Source: an uncultured Gemmatimonadaceae bacterium
GTDB taxonomy: Bacteria > Gemmatimonadota > Gemmatimonadetes > Gemmatimonadales > Gemmatimonadaceae
DNA: 64,000 nucleotides
NCBI GenBank assembly: GCA_963781585.1
Contig: CAWAGQ010000007.1
Location: forward strand, 32,001 to 96,000
Direction of reading: 5' to 3'
The translations under genes and the position numbers were made by a program. Position 1 is the stretch's first letter. Every line of letters begins with the position of its first letter. A model generated the notes under the pieces. It was not told where the DNA came from, made no database searches, and worked only from the letters and a program-made list of their open reading frames with translations. Positions 19,338-28,013 of this stretch are shown piece by piece.

Positions 19338-19724
19338 ACCTCTTGTCCCGATCCCGCCGGATTCACTCAGCCCTGCAACTCCCGCAGCTATGATGCCGTT
19401 CCGAACTTTACCTCGCAGTCATGCCGCGACGCGTCCGCTTGTACGACCGAGTACGTGAACGGTGCCACGCCGCCAATAAAGCTCTGGTGCCAGTACAGAA
19501 CTGGTGGTGGCGCCCAGGACGGCGACAGCGGATCACCATTCTTCAGTGTCGTCGACTGCGCTCCCGGGCAGCCGACGCGCGCCGATGGCACGGCGTGTGT
19601 CAAGTTTGCGGGTCTTCACGGGGGCACAAACCCCGATGGCCGAAGTCTCTTTTCTTCAATCACTGGCATGCAAACAGATTTTGGATATGACCTGCTGATG
19701 CGTCCGACCGATTGGCCCCACTAA
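19338..19724 (+). pseudogene. C-terminal fragment of a trypsin-like (S1) serine protease
   Basis: CQYRTGGGAQDGDSGSPFF...FAGLHGG. In-frame TAA at 19335, no signal peptide and no His/Asp catalytic region upstream. Confidence 0.7.
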
Positions 19725-19794
19725 ACGACGCATCCTGCGAACGCGACTTGCGGCACATCGTTATCGCGTGTCGCTGGTAATCATGGAGATCCTC

Positions 19795-20202
19795 ATGCAA
19801 CTGCACCGCATATTCTTGCGGGCCATGGTGGCCGCACTGCTGATCTCTTTCGGTGTGTCCGCGTGCGAGCCCGAGGTGTTCACCTGTGCCGAACCAGGCA
19901 GAGGGAGCCTCACAGCAGCAGTCGTCAATGCGGTGACGGGTCTCCCGGCCGGTTGGGCTGCCACGCTGAATATCCGGTCCGGTGCACATGTCGCGACCTA
20001 TGCAGCGACCGACTTCCCTGCCAGTGATTCTCTGCGAATCGTCCTGCTATCAGTCCCGGTCGATTGTCCGGGACTCTACGACGTCACTGTATCTCGCGAG
20101 GGATTTGCTACGTGGAGAGGCAAGTTTAGCGCCACCGCCGACCGCTGTGGTGTCAAGGACGCCGCGCAGATCGTCGTGCGCCTTCAGCAGATGCACCCTT
20201 GA
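19795..20202 (+). CDS. Lipoprotein with carboxypeptidase-regulatory-like beta-sandwich
   Basis: GGAG RBS, lipobox (GVSA-C), PGLYDVTVSREGFATW motif. Confidence 0.75.
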   Translation: MQLHRIFLRAMVAALLISFGVSACEPEVFTCAEPGRGSLTAAVVNAVTGLPAGWAATLNIRSGAHVATYAATDFPASDSLRIVLLSVPVDCPGLYDVTVSREGFATWRGKFSATADRCGVKDAAQIVVRLQQMHP

Positions 20203-20322
20203 GGTTGACCGTTCGATTTCCGGTGCGGCGCGCGTCGGCGGTCGACCCCATCGGGTCGCTTCGCGGCAGGTAGAGGCCGCCTGACAAGTCGGCGGTGCCG
20301 CGCGGTCTCCTGCTGGTCAGGA

Positions 20323-20371
20323 AGCACCGGCATCGGATGCGCCGTCGACGCAATGAAGTCCGCGATGTCCT
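20323..20371 (+). repeat. Repeat A, copy 2 (orphan remnant of the S10 C-terminus)
   Basis: Minus strand encodes DIADFIASTAHPMPVL versus DIADFIASTEHPTPVL in the intact gene. Confidence 0.9.
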
Positions 20372-20438
20372 CTTCAGACCCAGTGCCGCCTGCGGGGGCG
20401 GGGGCGGTCAGTGGCCGAAGGGCTGTAGTGGTACGTTG

Positions 20439-20483
20439 TTAGTGGTATCGCGCGGTCGTCACGAACCGTTGAGCCGGCTCAGC
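20439..20483 (+). repeat. Repeat B, copy 2
   Basis: 40/45 nt identical to 18915-18959; looser similarity continues about 50 nt upstream. Confidence 0.88.
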
Positions 20484-20682
20484 AGTGATCGCCGTGTGCT
20501 CCGAAATGGGGTCCGCAGAAAATGGGGTCAGACTCGATTTATCGGACCGGGGCTCCCTTCGTCGCATCGAGTCGGGCCCTGGAGCCCGGCATTGCCCCGG
20601 AAACGCTTTCCATAGGAACGATTCGGCTGTACTTTCGCCTTCGATCCCGGCTTCGACCGGGAGGCCTCTTGCACCTATTGTC

Positions 20683-21342
20683 ATGGCCTTCTCCTTCTTC
20701 CGCGCCGCGACCGGATCCGCGCTCGCCCTGAGCACCCTCGCCATCCCGAGCGCCGCCCAGACGCCCCTGTCGGGCGTCGAGCAGGCAAGGCAGGACAGCA
20801 TCCGCCGGCCCTACACCAGGGCCGACATCGACTTCATGTCGGGGATGATCGGCCATCACGCCCAGGCCGTGAAAATGGCGGGCTGGGCGCCGTCGCATGA
20901 TGCGAGCAAGTCGCTCCAGATCTACTGCGGCCGGATCGCGATGGGACAGTCGGCCGAGATCGGGCTGATGCAGGCCTGGCTCCGGGACCGGAACCAACCG
21001 GTTCCGGAAGCCGATCCACGGGGCATGAAGATGGAAATGGGGGGCATGACCCACTACATGGTGATGCCCGGCATGCTCACCGACTCCCAGATGGCGCAGC
21101 TCGACTCCGCGCGCGGCGTGGAGTTCGACCGGCTGTTCCTGATCTTCATGATCCAGCACCACCAGGGCGCGATCGATATGGTGGATACCCTGTTCAACAC
21201 GCCGGGCGCCGGACAGGACGAGATCGTCTTCAAGTTCGCCAACGACGTCCAGGTGGATCAGAGCACCGAGATCGAGCGCATGAAGCAGATGCTGGCGGCG
21301 CTCCCGCCGGCGTCGAAGCCCCGACCGCATAACCACGACTGA
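20683..21342 (+). CDS. Secreted DUF305 family protein
   Basis: Twice-repeated FM.GMI.HH.QA / FL.FMIQHHQGA motif, MPGMLT, Q.TEIERM; signal peptide. Confidence 0.9.
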   Translation: MAFSFFRAATGSALALSTLAIPSAAQTPLSGVEQARQDSIRRPYTRADIDFMSGMIGHHAQAVKMAGWAPSHDASKSLQIYCGRIAMGQSAEIGLMQAWLRDRNQPVPEADPRGMKMEMGGMTHYMVMPGMLTDSQMAQLDSARGVEFDRLFLIFMIQHHQGAIDMVDTLFNTPGAGQDEIVFKFANDVQVDQSTEIERMKQMLAALPPASKPRPHNHD

Positions 21343-21420
21343 ATGGCGCGACGCAGCTGATCGCGCGCATCGCGTCTTTCCCCGGATTGCCCCGCTCCCT
21401 CACCCAGACCGGAAGCACCC

Positions 21421-23667
21421 ATGCGTCCCGTTCCATCCACGCACCGTATTGGTGCGAGATCCCCATGGCCCGTGCTGCGCACCGCTTGCGCGGCGATTGC
21501 CTCGCTCGCCGTGGCAGGCTGCGCGTCATCGTCAGGCAGCGCGATGTCGGAGAATCCGCAACCGCAGGGGATGGTCGACATGTCCGGGCCGGTGGTGACG
21601 GCGCCGTCGCCCGATCCGCGGGTCGGCCTGAAGGCCGGGCTTCAGGACGCCGGATCGGCGATCTGGAACATGCGGCTGGTCTCGCACACGCCGTCGCCGC
21701 AGGGATTTGCGGGGATCACCAACTCCGACCTCGCGTTCTCCGGCCAGAATGTCATTCAGGGGAATTACAACGGCTTCCAGGTCTGGGACGTCTCGAATCC
21801 GGCCCAACCGAAGCTGCGAATCGGCAAGATCTGTCCGGCTTCGCAGAGCGACGTGTCGGTCTATCGGAACCTGCTGTTCGTTTCGGCCGAGGCGCCGAGC
21901 GCGCGCCTCGATTGCGGAACGCAGGCCCCGCGCGATGTGGTGAGCAGCGATCGCATTCGCGGCCTCCGCATATTCGACATCACCGACATCGACAATCCGA
22001 AGTACATCGCCAACGTGCAGACCTGCCGCGGTTCGCACACCCACACCGTGGTGCACGATCCCCGGGACCCCGCCAACGTGTACGTCTACATCTCGGGGAC
22101 ATCGGGTGTGCGTCCATCCGAAGAACTCGCGCGCTGCAATGACAATCCGTGGGACCCCAACACCTCGCAGTTCCGCATCGAGGTGATCCGGGTTCCGCTC
22201 GCGCACCCCGACCAGGCGGAAGTCGTGAGTGCACCCCCGATCTTTGCCGACCCCACGTCGGGCTCGGCCGCCGGTCTCGCGTACATCACCAGCCACGGCG
22301 CGTCGCCGGCGGACACCGCGAACCTTCGACGCCGGGCGCAGTTCGACAGCGCGCGTGCCCGGTTGGCGCCGGTGACCGCGACGTCGACCGCGGCGGATTC
22401 CGCGCGCTGCAACGCGGAGGTCGAGGCGCTGGCGCGGACGTACGAGGTGGACCTGACGGCGGGGCGTGGGGGGCGCGGCGGTCGCGGCGGACTGGTGGGC
22501 GGAGGATGCGGACCCGATGCCGTTGGCGGACGGGGGGGCCGCGGCGGTCGCGGCGGGGGAGGGAATGCGGCTCCCGTGACGCGTGAGGATTCGGCGCGCG
22601 TCGCCTTTACGAATGCGGTGGAGGCGCTCAGGCCTCTGACCGCGACGTCGAACAGGTCGGACTCCGCCGCGTATCGCACACAGGTCGATGCGCTGGCGAA
22701 ACGGTACGGGGTCACCTCGCCGTTCGCGCCGCGCATGATCACGCAGTGCCACGACATCACCGTGTATCCGGATGTCGGCCTGGCCGGTGGCGCGTGTGCG
22801 GGGATGGGGCTGCTGCTCGACATCCGCGACACACCGCATCCGAAGCGCATTGCCGCGGTGTCCGATTCCAACTTCTCGTTCTGGCATTCGGCGACCTTCA
22901 GCAACGACGGGTCGATGGTGCTGTTCACCGACGAGTGGGGCGGGGGCGGTGCGGCCTACTGCCGGGCCGGCGATCCGCGGGAGTGGGGGGCCGACGCGAT
23001 CTTCCGGATCGTGAACGGGAAGATGGTCTTCCAGAGCTACTACAAGCTGCCGGCGCCGCAGACCCAGCTCGAGAACTGCGTGGCGCATAACGGCTCGCTG
23101 ATTCCCATTCCGGGACGCACGATCATGGTGCAGGCCTGGTATCAGGGCGGCCTGTCGGTGTTCGAGTGGACCGACCCCCGGCATCCGCACGAGATCGCGT
23201 TCTTCGACCGGGGACCTAACGATTCGACGCGGGCGATGGGCGGTGGATTCTGGTCCGTATACTGGTACAACGGACATCTGGTCGGATCCGAGATGCAGCG
23301 CGGACTAGACATCTTCGAACTCACGCCGAGCGCGGCGATTTCGCAGAACGAGATCGACGCGGCGCAATCCGTCCGGATGGATTTTCTCAACGTGCAGGAT
23401 CAACCAAAGTTCGTCTGGCCGGCGAGCTTTGCGCTGTCGCGGTCGTACGCCGATCAGCTCGAGCGATGGAAGGGTCTTGCGCCCGACCGGATCGCGGCGC
23501 TGCGCAGCGGCCTGACGAGCGCAGAGGCGCTGACGGGCGCCGCACGGAAGAGCGCGTTGAGCGCGCTGGCCGGGCAGGTGGGTGGATACGCGAAGGGGTC
23601 GGGCGATCCGCAGCGCGTGCAGTGGCTGGCGGCGTCGGTCCGGGATCTCGCGGACGCGACCCGCTGA
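21421..23667 (+). CDS. LVIVD-repeat beta-propeller lipoprotein
   Basis: NSDLAF, GNYNGF, CRGSHTHT, CHDITVYP, FWHSATF, DEWGGG, CVAHNGS; lipobox (AVAG-C). Adjacent to DUF305, the usual pairing. Start uncertain. Confidence 0.85.
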   Translation: MRPVPSTHRIGARSPWPVLRTACAAIASLAVAGCASSSGSAMSENPQPQGMVDMSGPVVTAPSPDPRVGLKAGLQDAGSAIWNMRLVSHTPSPQGFAGITNSDLAFSGQNVIQGNYNGFQVWDVSNPAQPKLRIGKICPASQSDVSVYRNLLFVSAEAPSARLDCGTQAPRDVVSSDRIRGLRIFDITDIDNPKYIANVQTCRGSHTHTVVHDPRDPANVYVYISGTSGVRPSEELARCNDNPWDPNTSQFRIEVIRVPLAHPDQAEVVSAPPIFADPTSGSAAGLAYITSHGASPADTANLRRRAQFDSARARLAPVTATSTAADSARCNAEVEALARTYEVDLTAGRGGRGGRGGLVGGGCGPDAVGGRGGRGGRGGGGNAAPVTREDSARVAFTNAVEALRPLTATSNRSDSAAYRTQVDALAKRYGVTSPFAPRMITQCHDITVYPDVGLAGGACAGMGLLLDIRDTPHPKRIAAVSDSNFSFWHSATFSNDGSMVLFTDEWGGGGAAYCRAGDPREWGADAIFRIVNGKMVFQSYYKLPAPQTQLENCVAHNGSLIPIPGRTIMVQAWYQGGLSVFEWTDPRHPHEIAFFDRGPNDSTRAMGGGFWSVYWYNGHLVGSEMQRGLDIFELTPSAAISQNEIDAAQSVRMDFLNVQDQPKFVWPASFALSRSYADQLERWKGLAPDRIAALRSGLTSAEALTGAARKSALSALAGQVGGYAKGSGDPQRVQWLAASVRDLADATR

Positions 23668-23730
23668 CCGCCTGCAGGTTCGGATCCGGGCAACTCGTGA
23701 GGTTCATTTTCCTGAGGAGACGGTAGCCAC

Positions 23731-24807
23731 ATGCGCAGCGCACCTCTCGCCCTCCTGTCCGGCATCCTGACCGCCGTTTCGGTCTCCGGTCGCCCGCCCA
23801 TGGCGCCTCCGGTCGCGCCGTGCACCCACGCCGTCACGGCTTGCGAGCGGTGGATCATCTACGGCAGCGGCCCCGCCCGGTCGATGGTCTACTCGAGCTA
23901 TGCGCTCGATGCGCCCAATCCGGCCATCACGCGCGCGCTCATCATGGTGCATGGGGCCGGCCGGAACGCCGACCACTACTTCGAAACGGCCACGTCCGCG
24001 GCATTCCTCGCGGGAGCCCTCGAGAATACCGTGGTCATCGCGCCGCGCCTGATCGCCTCCCCCGACAAACCGCAGCCGGACGAGGTCGTGTGGCCGAACG
24101 GTCGCAACAGTTGGCGAGCCGGCGGGGTGTCCCCGTCGAATCCAACCCTCACGTCGTTCGACTTCGTCGACGAGATCGTGCGGAAGCTCGCCAACAAGAA
24201 GACGTTCCCGAACCTCACCCGGATCGTCGTCACCGGCCATTCGGCCGGCGGCCAGTACACGACCCGTTACGAGATGGCCAACAAGGTCAACGATACCCCC
24301 GGCGTGTCGATCACCTACGTGGTGGCCAATCCGTCGAGCTACGCCTGGCCGGCCGCTGTGCGGCCGCTTCCCACCGGAGACGCCGATCCCGCGACCGCCG
24401 ACAAGGAGGCGCTGGGCCGGGATGGCGAGAAGGTGCACACCCAGTTCAGCTACGGGCCGTTCGACTCGACCAGGGTGCGCAACTACAACCAGTGGCCCAT
24501 GGGACTCGATGATCTGGCGGGGTACACCGAGAAGATGACCGCCGATCAGCTGCGCCGGCAGCTCGCCCAGCGCCCCACCACGTACCTGCTGGGTCAGGTG
24601 GATGTCCTCCCGCTCGGCGGATTCGATTCGTCGCCGGCCGCGATGGCGCAGGGTCCGACGCGACGGGCGCGGGGCGAAGCGTTCGTCAAGTATGTCGACG
24701 ATTCGCTCGGCGCGAAGCACACCGCGATCATCGTTCCCGAGTGCGGCCACAACGACCGCTGCATCTTCACGACCGATATCGTGTTTCCGGTGATCTTCCC
24801 GAAGTAG
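23731..24807 (+). CDS. Secreted alpha/beta hydrolase
   Basis: VHGAGRNA, nucleophile GHSAGG, ANPSSY, C-terminal CGH; signal peptide; AGGAG RBS. Confidence 0.88.
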   Translation: MRSAPLALLSGILTAVSVSGRPPMAPPVAPCTHAVTACERWIIYGSGPARSMVYSSYALDAPNPAITRALIMVHGAGRNADHYFETATSAAFLAGALENTVVIAPRLIASPDKPQPDEVVWPNGRNSWRAGGVSPSNPTLTSFDFVDEIVRKLANKKTFPNLTRIVVTGHSAGGQYTTRYEMANKVNDTPGVSITYVVANPSSYAWPAAVRPLPTGDADPATADKEALGRDGEKVHTQFSYGPFDSTRVRNYNQWPMGLDDLAGYTEKMTADQLRRQLAQRPTTYLLGQVDVLPLGGFDSSPAAMAQGPTRRARGEAFVKYVDDSLGAKHTAIIVPECGHNDRCIFTTDIVFPVIFPK

Positions 24808-24893
24808 CGCAGTTCGCCCCGAACGATCACTGTGGGCCACCGCGTCCGGCGGGGCCGCACGCCGAAGCGTCCCGCGAGCCGGCCGGCCAACCA

Positions 24894-24947
24894 CTTGACA
24901 GTCTAGTGATGAGCGCAGCATCTTGCGCCAATCACTAGACCGTCTAG
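24894..24947 (+). promoter_or_regulatory. Sigma70 promoter flanked by two palindromic PadR operators
   Basis: TTGACA(24895)-N18-CATCTT. CTTGAC-A-GTCTAG at 24894-24906 and perfect CTAGAC-C-GTCTAG at 24935-24947. Confidence 0.75.
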
Positions 24948-24958
24948 CCATGGTGCCC

Positions 24959-25291
24959 ATGTCCGGCAAGCACGCGCCGCTGCTGCAAGGGACGCTCGAC
25001 CTGATCGTGCTCCAGCTCCTCAGGGCCGAGCCGACCAACGGCTACGATCTGAGCCTCCGCATCCAGGCCATCTCCCGCGACGTCCTGAACGTGAACGCCG
25101 GATCGCTCTACCCGGCGCTCTATCGCCTCGAGGAACGCGGCCTGGTGCGCGCGGCATGGCAGGAGACCGGAACCGGCCGGCGCGCGAAGGTCTACTCCGT
25201 TACCGCCGCCGGCCGCCGTCACCTCGCCGCACAGCGTGAGAACTGGGGGCGGTTTTCCGCTGCCCTGACCGCCATCCTCAAGGTCGACTGA
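24959..25291 (+). CDS. PadR family regulator (acidobacterial type)
   Basis: LLQGTLDLIVL, GSLYPALYRLEERG, RRAKVYSVTAAGR. Alternative start at 24950. Confidence 0.93.
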   Translation: MSGKHAPLLQGTLDLIVLQLLRAEPTNGYDLSLRIQAISRDVLNVNAGSLYPALYRLEERGLVRAAWQETGTGRRAKVYSVTAAGRRHLAAQRENWGRFSAALTAILKVD

Positions 25292-25304
25292 CCGGCGAAC
25301 GGCC

Positions 25305-27992
25305 ATGCTGCACCGGATTCGCCTGTGGCTGCGCGTGCTCCTCCACGCCGAGGCGCTCGAGGAGGACATGGACCTGGAGATGCGGCAGCACCTCGACCGC
25401 GCTACCGAGCGCTTCGTCGCCCGCGGCCTGTCGGTGCGCGACGCGCGGAGAGAGGCACGCCGGGAATTCGGCGATTTCGATGATGTCCGCGACGAGGCGC
25501 GCAACGCGCGCCGGGGACGTACCGCCATGGAACGATTCATCACCGGATTCCGTCAGACGATCCGCCGCCTGGTCCACGAGTGGCGCTTCTCGGCTGCCGT
25601 CGTGCTGGTGCTGGCGGTGGGAATCGGGCCGACCGCCGCGATCTCCTCGGTGGTCTACGAGATTCTCATCCGGCCGCTCGAATACCGCGACCCCGACCGT
25701 CTCGGATTGGTTCGCATCACGCTGGGACAGATCGAGAACCATCCCGGTCTGTCGCAGGGTGAGGTGCTCGACCTGCGACGCGCCGACCTGTTCGAGAGCG
25801 TCGAAGCCGAGGCCCGGCTGGATGAGGCCTCGCTGGGAACGGCGCCCGATCTGGTCCCGCTGCTGCGAATCGGAATCAGTCCCGGCATGCTCTCCATGCT
25901 CGGCGTGAAGCCGATCCTCGGTCGCGACTTTCTCGAGGAGGATCTGTTCACCCCTCCGCCTCCGGGGCAGGCGCGTCCCCAACCGGGTGCTCCGGGGGGA
26001 GCCGTTCCCCCGCCGCCGCCAATACGGGTGCTCCTCGATTACGCGACGTGGCAGAACCAGTTTGGCGGCGCAGGCGACGTGATCGGGCGATTGCTGCAAC
26101 TGAACGGCAATCGCGCCGAAGTGATCGGCGTCCTGCCGGATGGCTTCCGTCTGGTCACCGGGCGCGGCGTCCCGCAACGCGTGGACCTCTACTATCCCAT
26201 CCGCCTGACCGAGTACCGGAATTTCTGGGGACAACCGACGCTCGTCAGGCTGAAGCCCGGGACGACGTTTGCCCAGGCCGAAGCGAGGCTCGCCTCGATC
26301 GCGACCGCGATGAAGAGCGAACATCCCGACCTGTATCCGGACCAGCTGCGACTCACCGTGACGCCGCTCCTCGCCGACATGACCCAGGCGGCGAGACCGG
26401 CGCTTCGCGCAGCGGCGGCAGCGGTGCTGCTGCTCTTCATCATCGCGTTCGCGAATGCCACCGCATTGCTCGTGGCGCGCCTCAAGACCAGGGAAGTGGA
26501 TGTGGTGGTACGCTCGGCCCTCGGCGCACGATCGGGCGCGCTGGTTGGCGAGGTGGTGCGCGAAAGCATCGTCCTGGCCGCGGCCGGTGCGGTGGTGGGA
26601 GCCGTGCTGGCGATGGCGGCGACGATCGGCATCCGCGGGATCATTCCGAGAACCGTGCCCCGATGGGACCAGATCGGCGTCGGTTGGGAGCAACTGCTGT
26701 GCGCCACCGCCCTCACCCTCGCAGGGCTCCTTCTGCTCGGCGTGATCCCGGCGTGGAGAATTTCGCGCGGTCCCGACTTCAGGATCCTGCGGTCGGGATC
26801 GGTGCAGGGCGGGAAGGCCGAGGGCGCACTGTCGCGACTCGTGCTGGTGGGTTCGCAGATGGCCTTCACGGTGGTGCTCGGATTCGGCTGTGTGCAGCTG
26901 GCGCGCAGCGCCGTCGCGCTGCGGCGGGTCGACCTGGGCTTCGACCCCAACGTGCTCACGCTCCAGGTTCCCTACGACTTCCGGCGTTACCGGTCGGACA
27001 CCGCACGGGCGCTGCTCTATCAGCACATCCGTGATCGCGTGCGACAGGTGCCCGGCGTGACGGCGGTGGGCGTCACCACGCACATCCCACTAAGCGGATC
27101 GATGATGATGGATGGCTATGAGGCGGATCTTTCGAAGGAGCCGTCGTTCAACCAGTCGGCGAACTACCAGGGCGTGACGCCGGGGTACTTCGCGGCACTG
27201 CGAATCCCGTTCGTGGACGGTCGCGACATCACCGATGTCGAGGATGCCGCGCAGCAGCCGGTCATTGTCGTCGACGAGTCTCTGGTGCGCACGGTATTCC
27301 CGGGTGAGCAGCACGTCCTTGGCCGGGTGCTCCGGCTGGGGTGGGGGTTGCAGAACGCGCAGATCGTGGGAGTGGTGCGGCACGCACGGACCGTGGACGT
27401 GACGCGCGAAGTGCGCCCACAGATCTACGCGCCGATCGGGAACCTGTTCCAGCAGGCGGGGATCGTGACCGTGCGCGCCTCGGTCGATCCGCGATCGCTT
27501 TCGAGCGCGATCATCAGCGCCATCAACGAGGTGGGGCCCGGACGCGCGGTGTCGAAAGTCGCGATGCTGACCGATAACGTTTCGGCTGCGACCAGTACCC
27601 TCCGTGCGGTGACGGGACTCGTCACGCTCCTCACCCTGTCGGCGGGACTGCTTTCGGCGGTTGGCCTCTATCTCGTGATGGCATACATCATTCACCAACA
27701 TCGTCGCGCCACGGCCATCCGGTCGGCACTCGGCGCCACTCCGCGACGCGTGATGTGGGAGCACTGCAGGACGAGCGGTCTCGTCGCCGGAGCCGCGCTT
27801 CCCGCGGGTGCGCTGCTGTCCCTGGCGGTGGCGCCGTTCTTCGGTGATCTGGTGTATCGGGTTGCTAATCGCGATCCCGTCAGCCTCTCGGGCGCGATCG
27901 TGCTGGCCGCCGTGGCCGGCCTGCTCGGCACGTACCTTCCGGTCAGAAGATCCGCCAACGTGAATATCCTCAACACGCTGCGGGAGATGTAG
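25305..27992 (+). CDS. ADOP-type duplicated ABC permease
   Basis: Permease-prefix domain (EEDMDLEMRQHL..ARREFG), two MacB/FtsX halves, Pro-rich insertion. Confidence 0.9.
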   Translation: MLHRIRLWLRVLLHAEALEEDMDLEMRQHLDRATERFVARGLSVRDARREARREFGDFDDVRDEARNARRGRTAMERFITGFRQTIRRLVHEWRFSAAVVLVLAVGIGPTAAISSVVYEILIRPLEYRDPDRLGLVRITLGQIENHPGLSQGEVLDLRRADLFESVEAEARLDEASLGTAPDLVPLLRIGISPGMLSMLGVKPILGRDFLEEDLFTPPPPGQARPQPGAPGGAVPPPPPIRVLLDYATWQNQFGGAGDVIGRLLQLNGNRAEVIGVLPDGFRLVTGRGVPQRVDLYYPIRLTEYRNFWGQPTLVRLKPGTTFAQAEARLASIATAMKSEHPDLYPDQLRLTVTPLLADMTQAARPALRAAAAAVLLLFIIAFANATALLVARLKTREVDVVVRSALGARSGALVGEVVRESIVLAAAGAVVGAVLAMAATIGIRGIIPRTVPRWDQIGVGWEQLLCATALTLAGLLLLGVIPAWRISRGPDFRILRSGSVQGGKAEGALSRLVLVGSQMAFTVVLGFGCVQLARSAVALRRVDLGFDPNVLTLQVPYDFRRYRSDTARALLYQHIRDRVRQVPGVTAVGVTTHIPLSGSMMMDGYEADLSKEPSFNQSANYQGVTPGYFAALRIPFVDGRDITDVEDAAQQPVIVVDESLVRTVFPGEQHVLGRVLRLGWGLQNAQIVGVVRHARTVDVTREVRPQIYAPIGNLFQQAGIVTVRASVDPRSLSSAIISAINEVGPGRAVSKVAMLTDNVSAATSTLRAVTGLVTLLTLSAGLLSAVGLYLVMAYIIHQHRRATAIRSALGATPRRVMWEHCRTSGLVAGAALPAGALLSLAVAPFFGDLVYRVANRDPVSLSGAIVLAAVAGLLGTYLPVRRSANVNILNTLREM

Positions 27993-28013
27993 CGCCCGAC
28001 AGGCCGACCCGGT

